This document shows, one piece after another, positions 35,201 to 47,200 of a stretch of DNA of 64,000 nucleotides (positions are counted from its first letter, which is position 1; the number at the start of each line of letters is the position of its first letter). The position numbers and the translations under genes are program-made. This DNA is from Macrostomum hystrix (taxonomy: Eukaryota > Animalia > Platyhelminthes). The notes beneath the pieces were generated by a model, which saw only the letters and a list, made by a program, of their open reading frames with translations, had not been told where the DNA came from and searched no databases. The DNA lies in NCBI GenBank assembly GCA_950097015.1, contig CATNEN010000005.1, forward strand, positions 5,704,001 to 5,768,000. The letters are read 5' to 3'.

Positions 35201-38200
35201 GTCAGAGTAAGCATTGGATAAAACCAAACTGCATGCATAGCAGTACAATACAAGCTTTGACAGTAGAAGGGGTAAGGACCGCAGTGGTATTTCAAATACC
35301 CACTACCGACTACACGATAGCTCCAAAATCGAATGACCAATTTTGGTGAAAGTGCACCATATGGATCTAAATTTTCCAAGGCTGTCCGATGTCAACATCG
35401 TCGAGATATACAGCGATTCCTGTCAAAGACCAAGGTGACGAGTACAACTAACACTGATCGCCATAAAACTCTTTAGCAAATCTTTTTTAGTTCCAAAATT
35501 AAAAAAATGCAATCAATCAAAATTAGTAAAAAAGGATAGCCGACATCTTTACATTATGAAGTTTTGTGAACAGTAAAATAATGCCGATTTTTTCTTTTTT
35601 TTGCCAATTGACACCCCGACGAGAATCATTGAATACATCGACGATGTTCTGGAAATTGTTTCAGTACATTAGGTAAAGTGAAAAATGTAGCCTATATTCT
35701 GGGCTTTCATGGCAATTGGTAGAATATTTTGGAAGATACAGAGAAAAGAAAACTAAAAAACTGTCTTTCTACTGTTAAAAACATCGTTTATTACTTCAGA
35801 AGGCCGATAAGCAACAGATTTATGAGGCAACTCAAGTGCTCAGCAAACTGCCTGAGCTGCATTGGCTTCAGGAAATGCCGCAGGATGAAAGAATTAGCCT
35901 GGTAGGCAATGTCTGCGACAACTTACAACATTTCAAAGAGACTGGCGGACTTGGTTTGCAAGGTTTCGATGGAAGCCAGGTAGGTTCTGATGTCAAAGGT
36001 GATTCAAATTATTTTTCAAACAAAGCAGGAATTTACCCAACAACTGACAAACACTTCAGCAACCAGGTGCTCAATTCATATTTGAAGCGACTGAGGCATT
36101 TATCCGTGCGCCGGAGCTCAGTTGGATTCAAGAGCTGCCTCTGAATGAGCGTTCGATGATGACTGATGCCTTGCGCAATAGTTTACAGAGCTTCAGAACG
36201 ACACCGGTAAATTTATTTGAAAAAACGTTATAATAGTTGAAAGTGTACCTCACAAATGACTCATAAAGTAAATTTTATACCACTAAAAAATTCAGCCATA
36301 TACAAAAGAAATCTTGCGAGCTGCTGCACAAATGCTTGGCAAAGTTGCGGAGTTGCAGTGGCTGGAGAGTCTGCCAGAGTCAGAGCAGATCACACTGGCA
36401 GCCGCCATGTGCGACAAACTGCAGCAGCTGAAGGACCCAGAGTTCAGGTCCAAGTATTCAGCATCAACTGCAGTCCGACAAGTAAAAATACATTTCCGCC
36501 TTACATTGCCACCAAATCACGCTCGATAACACAACGATAACATACTTTGTCGAATTTTCAGCCTCCAGACTCAGCGCTGCTCCAGCGAGCTGCCGATGTG
36601 CTGAGCGAGTCGGCCGAGCTGCACTGGCTCAAGCAGCTGCCTCAGTCTGACAGACTGCTGCTGGCTGAAGCCATCTGCGACTCCCTGCAGCAGCTGAGAG
36701 CCAGCCATCAGGTGGCGTCGGCCAGCCAGCAGGTGGCGTCGAGGAACGCTCAGGTGGTGCTGGAGGCCACGGAGCTGCTGAGCAGAGTCCCCGAGCTCAG
36801 CTGGATCCAGGAGCTGCCTCAGAGCGAGCGGTCGAGACTGGCAGCGACCGTGTGCGACAGCCTCCAGGGCTTCAGGAGCACTGCATCCTCAAGTGCTGTA
36901 AGATATTTTTAGTTGTTTGCTGTGATACAACAACAAACAACAACAATATACGCCAGGTCTCTCCATGGTCCATGGATACACAAGTAGAGACTAGAGCTTA
37001 CGCATGAATAATCTCCTGACACTCTGCAGCCCAAGGATCAGGCGGTGCTTCAAGAAGCGACAAAGACGCTGATGGAGGTTCCTGAGCTTCAGTGGCTGCA
37101 GAGTCTGACTCAGTCGGAGCAGATCTCACTGGCAGCCGCCATGTGCGACAAACTGCAGCAGCTGAAGGACCCGCAGCTGAGGGCCAAGTACCTGACGGCT
37201 GCTTCTGCTAGACCTGTGAGTTCACGTCTAAAAGTCATGTCAATTTTTTACATCTAGCTGCTAGGCTAAAATATAGCACAGGTTCAACTCTAAAGTATTC
37301 GTGCTTTGTGACGGGCTCGAATCGAGAAATGCGAAAAGAAGATACAAGGTTTATATGCAGTGTAAAAATGCTTTGTAAAGGATTTTAGATAATTATATAA
37401 AAAATGCCTTCTATAGATCTCATATTTGTCTGTAGCATTGCCACATTCAATAAGTGTGCTTTCAATGTAAGGGCTGTATTCCTTGTGTCAATAGCCACCA
37501 CTTTCATAGCTTTTAATTGACAAGTAAACTGGGCCTAGAGCAGTTTTATATTTGGTGCCAAGGCCAAAAGCTTCTTTGAAACTGAAATTTTCCAGTAGTT
37601 TTCCTACACAACCTAACTTTGATTATTTAGGCGCAGGATTCTCAGCTGCTCCAGCGAGCTGCCGATGTGCTGAGCGAGTCGGCCGAGCTGCACTGGCTCA
37701 AGCAGCTGCCTCAGTCTGACAGACTGCTGCTGGCTGAAGCCATCTGCGACTCCCTGCAGCAGCTCAGAGCCAGCCAGCAGGTGGCATCGAGGAACTCTCA
37801 GGTGGTGCTGGAGGCCACGGAGCTGCTGAGCAGAGTCCCCGAGCTCAGCTGGATCCAGGAGCTGCCTCAGAGCGAGCGGTCGAGACTGGCAGCGACCGTG
37901 TGCGACAGCCTCCAGGGCTTCAGGAGCACTGCATCCTCAAGTGCTGTAAGATATTTCTTGCTTTAAGTTGTGAAAGCACATGGCTGAAACTAAAGCCGTC
38001 AATCGCTGACACTCTGCAGCCCAAGGACCAGGCGGTGCTTCAAGAAGCGACAAAGACGCTGATGGAGGTTCCTGAGCTTCAGTGGCTGCAGAGTCTGACT
38101 CAGTCGGAGCAGATCTCACTGGCAGCCGCCATGTGCGACAAACTGCAGCAGCTGAAGGACCCGCAGCTCAGGGCCAAGTACCTGACGGCTGCTACTAGAC

Positions 38201-41200
38201 CTGTGAGTGCAAGTCTAAAAATTCTAGTCAATATGTTATAGATCTTCTACTTCTACTTCTATAGTGCGCCTTCGCTTTTGGCCTGTATTCACTTTGTCCA
38301 TCGTCAAACTTTCATAGAATTTTCACACATCGAGCAAGCTAAACCTAGAGATACGAATTCGCTCGCAAGCCTCGCTTGTCGAATGAAGGACGCTTGTCAA
38401 ATGTGAATTTCATCCTAACATCGTAGTTTTCTCTTATTGTCTTGTGGTCGCTTAAGCAGCTGAAGTGATAAACACAGCTTTGCAATCCGCAGTAACACCT
38501 TGCAAAGAAAACAGTAACATTAAATTACAAAATCAATAACTACTGAGTTCTGAAAACATTTTAGTTCAAGGACGACGATAATTTTATGCCACAACGCGAC
38601 ACAATGTGTCACGAAATTCTTTGAACATCTTTCAAAGTGAACTATTCCTGTAGTTTGTTCTAAAAAACTACATTTTGATTATTTAGGCGCAGGATTCTCA
38701 GCTGCTCCAGCGAGCTGCCGATGTGCTGAGCGAGTCGGCCGAGCTGCACTGGCTCAAGCAGCTAACTCAGTCTGACAGACTGCTGCTGGCTGAAGCCATC
38801 TGCGACTCCCTGCACCAGCTGAGAGCCAGCCAGCAGGTGGCGTCGAGGAACTCTCAGGTGGTGCTGGAGGCCACGGAGCTGCTGAGCAGAGTCCCCGAGC
38901 TCAGCTGGATCCAGGAGCTGCCTCAGAGCGAGCGGTCGAGACTGGCAGCGACCGTGTGCGACAGCCTCCAGGGCTTCAGGAGCACTGCATCCTCAAGTGC
39001 TGTAAGATATTTTTAGTTGTTTGCTGTGATACAACAACAAACAACAACAATATACGCCAGGTCTCTCCATGGTCCATGGATACACAAGTAGAGACTAGAG
39101 CTTACGCATGAATAATCTCCTGACACTCTGCAGCCCAAGGATCAGGCGGTGCTTCAAGAAGCGACAAAGACGCTGATGGAGGTTCCTGAGCTTCAGTGGC
39201 TGCAGAGTCTGACTCAGTCGGAGCAGATCTCACTGGCAGCCGCCATGTGCGACAAACTGCAGCAGCTGAAGGACCCGCAGCTGAGGGCCACGTACCTGAA
39301 GGCTGCTGCTGCTAGACCTGTGAGTTCACGTCTAAAAGTCATGTCAATTTTTTACATCTAGCTGCTAGGCTAAAATATAGCACAGGTTCAACTCTAAAGT
39401 ATTCGTGCTTTGTGACGGGCTCGAATCGAGAAATGCGAAAAGAAGATACAAGGTTTATATGCAGTGTAAAAATGCTTTGTAAAGGATTTTAGATAATTAT
39501 AAAAAAATGCCTTCTATAGATCTCATATTTGTCTGTAGCATTGCCACATTCAATAAGTGTGCTTTCAATGTAAGGGCTGTATTCCTTGTGTCAATAGCCA
39601 CCACTTTCATAGCTTTTAATTGACAAGTAAACTGGGCCTAGAGCAGTTTTATATTTGGTGCCAAGGCCAAAAGCTTCTTTGAAACTGAAATTTTCCAGTA
39701 GTTTTCCTACACAACCTAACTTTGATTATTTAGGCGCAGGATTCTCAGCTGCTCCAGCGAGCTGCCGATGTGCTGAGCGAGTCGGCCGAGCTGCACTGGC
39801 TCAAGCAGCTGCCTCAGTCTGACAGACTGCTGCTGGCTGAAGCCATCTGCGACTCCCTGCAGCAGCTCAGAGCCAGCCAGCAGGTGGCATCGAGGAACTC
39901 TCAGGTGGTGCTGGAGGCCACGGAGCTGCTGAGCAGAGTCCCCGAGCTCAGCTGGATCCAGGAGCTGCCTCAGAGCGAGCGGTCGAGACTGGCAGCGACC
40001 GTGTGCGACAGCCTCCAGGGCTTCAGGAGCACTGCATCCTCAAGTGCTGTAAGATATTTCTTGCTTTAAGTTGTGAAAGCACATGGCTGAAACTAAAGCC
40101 GTCAATCGCTGACACTCTGCAGCCCAAGGACCAGGCGGTGCTTCAAGAAGCGACAAAGACACTGATGGAGGTTCCTGAGCTTCAGTGGCTGCAGAGTCTG
40201 ACTCAGTCGGAGCAGATCTCACTGGCAGCCGCCATGTGCGACAAACTGCAGCAGCTGAAGGACCCGCAGCTCAGGGCCAAGTACCTGACGGCTGCTACTA
40301 GACCTGTGAGTGCAAGTCTAAAAATTCTAGTCAATATGTTATAGATCTTCTACTTCTACTTCTATAGTGCGCCTTCGCTTTTGGCCTGTATTCACTTTGT
40401 CCATCGTCAAACTTTCATAGAATTTTCACACATCGAGCAAGCTAAACCTAGAGATACGAATTCGCTCGCAAGCCTCGCTTGTCGAATGAAGGACGCTTGT
40501 CAAATGTGAATTTCATCCTAACATCGTAGTTTTCTCTTATTGTCTTGTGGTCGCTTAAGCAGCTGAAGTGATAAACACAGCTTTGCAATCCGCAGTAACA
40601 CCTTGCAAAGAAAACAGTAACATTAAATTACAAAATCAATAACTACTGAGTTCTGAAAACATTTTAGTTCAAGGACGACGATAATTTTATGCCACAACGC
40701 GACACAATGTGTCACGAAATTCTTTGAACATCTTTCAAAGTGAACTATTCCTGTAGTTTGTTCTAAAAAACTACATTTTGATTATTTAGGCGCAGGATTC
40801 TCAGCTGCTCCAGCGAGCTGCCGATGTGCTGAGCGAGTCGGCCGAGCTGCACTGGCTCAAGCAGCTAACTCAGTCTGACAGACTGCTGCTGGCTGAAGCC
40901 ATCTGCGACTCCCTGCACCAGCTGAGAGCCAGCCAGCAGGTGGCGTCGAGGAACTCTCAGGTGGTGCTGGAGGCCACGGAGCTGCTGAGCAGAGTCCCCG
41001 AGCTCAGCTGGATCCAGGAGCTGCCTCAGAGCGAGCGGTCGAGACTGGCAGCGACCGTGTGCGACAGCCTCCAGGGCTTCAGGAGCACTGCATCCTCAAG
41101 TGCTGTAAGATATTTCTTGCTTTAAGTTGTGAAAGCACATGGCTGAAACTAAAGCCGTCAATCGCTGACACTCTGCAGCCCAAGGATCAGGCGGTGCTTC

Positions 41201-44200
41201 AAGAAGCGACAAAGACGCTGATGGAGGTTCCTGAGCTTCAGTGGCTGCAGAGTCTGACTCAGTCGGAGCAGATCTCACTGACAGCCGCCATGTGCGACAA
41301 ACTGCAGCAGCTGAAGGACCCGCAGCTCAGGGCCACGTACCTGAAGGCTGCTGCTGCTAGACCTGTGAGTGCAAGTCTAAAAATTCAAGTCAATATGTTG
41401 TAGATCAAGCTGCTAGCCTAAAATATAGCTCTGCTTCATCTCAATAGTCTGCATGTTTTGTTACAGGCTCAAAAAATAGCGCTAAAGATAGAGAACTTTT
41501 ATTGTAAAGAAAATATGTGTTGTCGCGAATTTGAAATGGTTATAATAAAGCACTTTTAAGATCTCATCCTTCGCTATCTTATAGCCTACTTCTATAGTGC
41601 GCCTTCGCTTTTGGCCTGTATTCACTTTGTCCATCGTCAAACTTTCATAGAATTTTCACACATCGAGCAAGCTAAACCAAGAGATACGAATTCGCTCGCA
41701 AGCCTCGCTTGTCGAATGAAGGACGCTTGTCAAATGTGAATTTCATCCTAACATCGTAGTTTTCTCTTATTGTCTTGTGGTCGCTTAAGCAGCTGAAGTC
41801 ATAAACACAGCTTTGCAATCCGCAGTAACACCTTGCAAAGAAAACAGTAACATTAAATTACAAAATCAATAACTACTGAGTTCTGAAAACATTTTAGTTC
41901 AAGGACGACGATAATTTTATGCTACAACGCGACACAATGTGTCACGAAATTCTTTGAACACTTCTAGATATTTTTGCTTGACCAAGGCCAAAACTATCTT
42001 TCAAAGTGAACTATTCCTGTAGTTTATACTAAAAAAACTAATTTTGATTATTTAGGCGCAGGATTCTCAGCTGCTCCAGCGAGCTGCCGATGTGCTGAGC
42101 GAGTCGGCCGAGCTGCACTGGCTCAAGCAGCTGCCTCAGTCTGACAGACTGCTGCTGGCTGAAGCCATCTGCGACTCCCTGCACCAGCTGAGAGCCAGCC
42201 AGCAGGTGGCGTCGAGGAACTCTCAGGTGGTGCTGGAGGCCACGGAGCTGCTGAGCAGAGTCCCCGAGCTCAGCTGGATCCAGGAGCTGCCTCAGAGCGA
42301 GCGGTCGAGACTGGCAGCGACCGTGTGCGACAGCCTTCAAAGCATGAAATCTGGCGTTGGCTCGTCCAGACAGTCTGCTCAGATTGCTGTGAGATTTAAT
42401 TTCTGTGAAATAACGCCTTTGAGTTTTAAAATCAATCAGCTACTCCAATGTTCTCATTTCAGCAGCCGGATCTGCGCACTGTTTTCGAGGCCACTGAGCT
42501 TTTAAGCAAAGTTCCGGAGCTGCATTGGATTCAGGAGGTGCCACATTCGGATAGAACTAAGCTGGCTGCTGCTATTTTCGACACTCTGAATAGGCAGAGG
42601 AATAAAGAACATGTCCAAGTATCAGCAGCACCAGCGTTGACTGTGAGTTTTCAGTTTTTTTACATTTTTTATCTTACATGGAAGGTGGTTGATATAAGTT
42701 AGTAGCTGTGTTTTTCTCTTCTCATGCACAGCCTAAAGATGCTCAATTCGTTTTCGAGGCAACTGAACTGCTGAGCAGAGTCCCCGAGCTCAGCTGGATC
42801 CAGGAGATGCCAGCAGGTCAACGGATGAACCTGGCTAATGCTGCTTGCGACAGCCTCCAGAGAGCGAAAAACAGAACTGGGACTAGGCTTGAGTTGAACT
42901 TCCCGGTAAGTTTTTGAAACCTAAATCATAAAATTCGGAAAGTAAGTCTTGACGTTACGATCGATAAAGTTTAATCGATTTTCCAGCCTCAGCACGCTCA
43001 AACGGTATTTGAAGCAACCGAACTGTTAGGCAATTTGCCAGAGCTGCGATGGATTCAGGAGCTGCCTATGGCTGACAGGAACATTCTAGCTGCCACCGTC
43101 GCAGAATCTCTTCAAAGGGGCAGAACTGCACCTGAGCAACCGTCTTCACTTGCGTCGCTTGCCGAATCGCTGCCATTGACTTCAGCGCACGGCGCGTCAA
43201 CTGTTAGGAAAGCTGTTAACTCAACCAGCTTCTATATCGATCGGTCTTGGAAATATCGAACTGTAGGGGTGTGTACTTTTGCTTGTGCAATCGTTACAAA
43301 GACTAATCTAACAAAGACCTGAAAACAGATTATAGACCAATTTATTGTAAACGAAGACTGTGTAGCCGAATGAAGCTTATACATTTTAAATTGGTTTCTT
43401 CTACAGCCCAGAATTGCAATGTCAGCCTCAAGTGGTCGAGCGAACGCAGTATCGAGTTCATCGTTAACCAACAATGCTTCATCATCAGAGGAAGCTGAAG
43501 CAGATCATTTAGCACTGAGCGTGGACACAACAGACAACGCTGTGATAGTTGTGCCAAGTGATGCTTCTCTGATGCAAACAATGCCGCCAAAGGTTAGTAG
43601 CTTGCGTAATTAATGTCGCCATTCTGCAATTTTACATTCTTATCATATAATTAATTTTGTTTCGGAATAACAAATTTCAGATCTTCAGAATGAAAACAGC
43701 ACTGAATAATATTAATTAGAGATCCTTACCCATTGTTCCCTTGCTTATTTGGTACATGGTATTCTCATTAAAGCATTTTTGTCAAAATTACTCATTGGTT
43801 GATGGTATTGAAGTTATATTGTAGTTTTTGTTTGAATCGGTCGGAAAAAACACCAGAAGCCCAATTACTGTTCGCTATCTAGGACGAACGCGTCGAAATG
43901 CAGAACCTGAAGATTCAACTCGAGAAAGAGATCGACGAACTGAGGAGAACGAAAACCCTTGACGAGAATTATCGCAGCAAAGTGGACGAACTGAATGCCA
44001 CGAACGAGCGACTGCAGATGCAGAATCAACAGGCTGAGGAGGCCATCGCGCACATGGCTCAAAACGAGGCCGCTGTTAACGCCGCTGAGAAGGTCAGTCT
44101 AGAATTCCAACTTCTTATCGCCTCAAATTTATTTGATAGGGGGTCGGTGGCAGAGTGGTTGACGCGTTTGCCTCTCGCACCAAGGTCCCTGAGCTCGATT

Positions 44201-47200
44201 CCGCGGCGAGGCCACATATATTTAGAGTGCAGCCGCGGAGAGAAGGCTTGTGGGTTGTCGTGCAATTTACGCTCTTGAGGGCCAACCTCCAAAGTGCAGC
44301 GAAGTGTACACTGCCTGACGATGAGAAAGTCAGGGCAGATGTACACACCTGTGTGAGCGTGTGCCTGCGTACAGTATCTGTGTGCGTGTGTGCTCAGGAG
44401 TCAGCGGAATGTGCAGAATTGCCTCTTCGCTGGCTGCGGGTCTAGTGTCACCAAATGATGTGCCATTGCCCGCAGCCCACATGCAATTATTATTATTATT
44501 ATTTGATATGACTTTATCTGTTAGTTAATGACTACACGTGTTAGATATAACTACAGCAGTTAGATATGGCTACACCTGTTAGATATGACTGCATCCGTTA
44601 GGAATCTGTAAGGCATATATATTTTGAAATATATATGACACTCCTGTAACATGCATGTTTATTGTTATTTTCTAAAATTTAGCTTCTAATCAGTTCCAAG
44701 AATCTTCTAAGGACGTCACAGGTACACCAAATTACTATACCAAGCAATCTCAAATACTTAATTGGTCAAAGAAAATAAATGCAATATTTTCCGGTGATAG
44801 AAATGACCTACTCTATCTTTGTAAGCAATGCAAATATCTAGGTGTCACACGGGCCGTTTGAATACTGAAATGAATATTTTCTGCATTATGGTGTCTGTAA
44901 TACACTTCTATTGCTAGAATATTTGCTTGATTGTGGTTAAAAATATTAACAACAATGTACACACAGGCGGAAAACCAGTTTCTCAACATTGAGAAGCGGC
45001 ACAACGAGCTTTTGCAGGTGAAGCTAGTCTGTTTAATTTTATTTTCTACTGTAAAATAACACATGGTTGGTGAAAGGTTTTTGTGTGATTTCTTGGAAAG
45101 TGTTTAATTCAATAATGTTAGTTTTTTGTTTCATTTATTAATTATACAAATGTTCTGATTCAATCAATTCGTAGTTCAGTACGTTGATAAAAAAGTCCAT
45201 GGACTAATTCCAATACCATTCCATGTTGCACCAATTTTATTGATGGGTGAACTGAAGCAACAGGGTATTAAGTCTCTTGCTCAAGGACTCAAAATAGTTT
45301 TTCTGGGATTTGAGCTTGTGACCTCTCGCTGTCAGAATTTCAAAACTTCAACAACTTGGCTACAAGCTTCCTTACTTATTAAATTAGATACAATCAATAC
45401 GAACATGTCAATTTCGACATGTCAAATCTACGAGTAACTCATTTAAGGCGGCCAATGAGCGTTTCGCCAAGGAGAACAAGAAACTAGAAGAGGAGCTCGA
45501 GGAGACCAGAAAACGACTCAACGAAGCCGAAGCTGAGCTTGAGTTCAAATCTAAGGAGTGCAGTGGACTCAAAGTGAGTCTATTCTATTGACATGTCATT
45601 CTGGCTATGAGCTTATGCGGACTCAAAAAAATGTTTCGTAAAGCAAATCTTTGGTTCTAGGAAATTCGAGTTAACTTAATGCACTATCATCGTTATATTT
45701 TTAGTTCTTATTTTTTAAACATGAATAATCACAACCGTAAATTATCTTTTGTTATTTGTTAAAACTTGCATACACTCTGCTTCCTAATCCTTATCATTTT
45801 CACTCAGGAAAATCACGATAAGCTCACAGAGGCTGTTAGTAAGGGCCAACAGAATCTGGAAAAGGAGATGGTCTACTGCGACATCAAACAGAAAGAGATT
45901 GACGACTTGAAGGTGCCAATTAATTCACGCCTTTTATGTTCTTCCTCCGTGGGTCATTATTGGGGAAAGTACAGTTGCTTCGGATCCGATCAAACAAAAT
46001 CAGAGCGATGGAAAATGATTTATTTACAGAAAAATGTCGACAGACTAACCGCCGAGCGTGACAAAACCAAGGAGCTGCTTGAGAGGACGCGAACCGATTT
46101 GGAGGATAAAAGCAACGAGCTTGACGAATGCCAAGTAATTTGATGGCTAGAAGCTGGCAAAATAGCTTTTATTTACAAGGGGACTAGATGGTTCAAGTAG
46201 GTGGTGAGTGGCATAGCGGTCTAATGCCTCTCGCACCAAGGTTCCCCGAGCTCGATTCCGCAGCGAGGCCACATTCAGTTGGGGCGCAGCCGCGGAGAGA
46301 AGGCTTGGACTGCTTGTCTCGAAATTTTCGCCCTTGAGGACCAACCTAGCAAGGCACAGCGAAAGTTTACACTGACGGAAGATGAAAGAGTCCATATCTG
46401 TGTGCTCTATCACTCTATCCGCTGTGCATGGGGGTTGGTCCTCAGGTCGCCAATCACCCCTTGGTGCCGGAGTCAAACGAGTTTTCACTCTGGCACTGAC
46501 CCTCGAAGATTAGGATCACGCAGATAGCTAGTATTAAGATTGCAAAACATGCAAAACAAACAAAAATAAAAACCGATCAACACTATAGAAAAAGTTGGAA
46601 CAACTGCGTACCGACAAAGACCAGCTAGAAAAGAATCACAAAGACCTGGAACTGAAACTCGAAGCCGAGCACAAAGAGAAGGACTCACTAACTGAGGCGA
46701 ACAACACAATGACCTCCGCACTGGACCATAGCAACAAGAGCTTGGAGGATAAAAGCGGAGAGCTAGAACGGAAAGACGAACAAATGAAGGAAGCAAAAGT
46801 GAGATTTTTAGTTTGAGCAGGCTTTGAGCGGCTCTGATCACTCTTGTTCGTAAGAAACAATATCAGTAGAGTAACTGATGAAACTCCACTCTGCAGGATG
46901 AAGCAGAAAAGTACAAGCAAGAGAATGAAGAGCTCGAAAGAAAAGTTATCACCGCCGAGAAAGAGGTCGAGAAGAAGGACGACGAATTGAAAAGTCTTCA
47001 GGTTGTCAAGTTGCCAAGTCGTTTATCGTGCTTTCTTCTCCTATTTTTAATTAAAAAGAGAACGATGGCTTTCCTGGAGGTCTTGTTTTGTTTAATTGAC
47101 ATCGTTTCGGTGATTTTGAATCGGTGCTTTATTCTTGGAAACTTTTCCTCCGATGTTTTCGACCAGATTTTCAAGCCGGTTGAACAGAAATCAGAGGATA

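Noticed and set aside
36562-36897. Ninein repeat as a cyclic-nucleotide-binding domain
   Set aside because: LLSRVPEL...ER..LA superficially recalls the helices preceding PKA-R/PKG cNMP domains, but no beta-barrel or phosphate-binding cassette follows. An HHpred search would settle it.
44683-44721. 39-nt micro-exon in ninein
   Set aside because: It has AG/GT boundaries and is frame-preserving, but the phase-0 reading (LLISSKNLLRTSQ) does not fit the coiled coil and nothing else supports it. Left out of the model.
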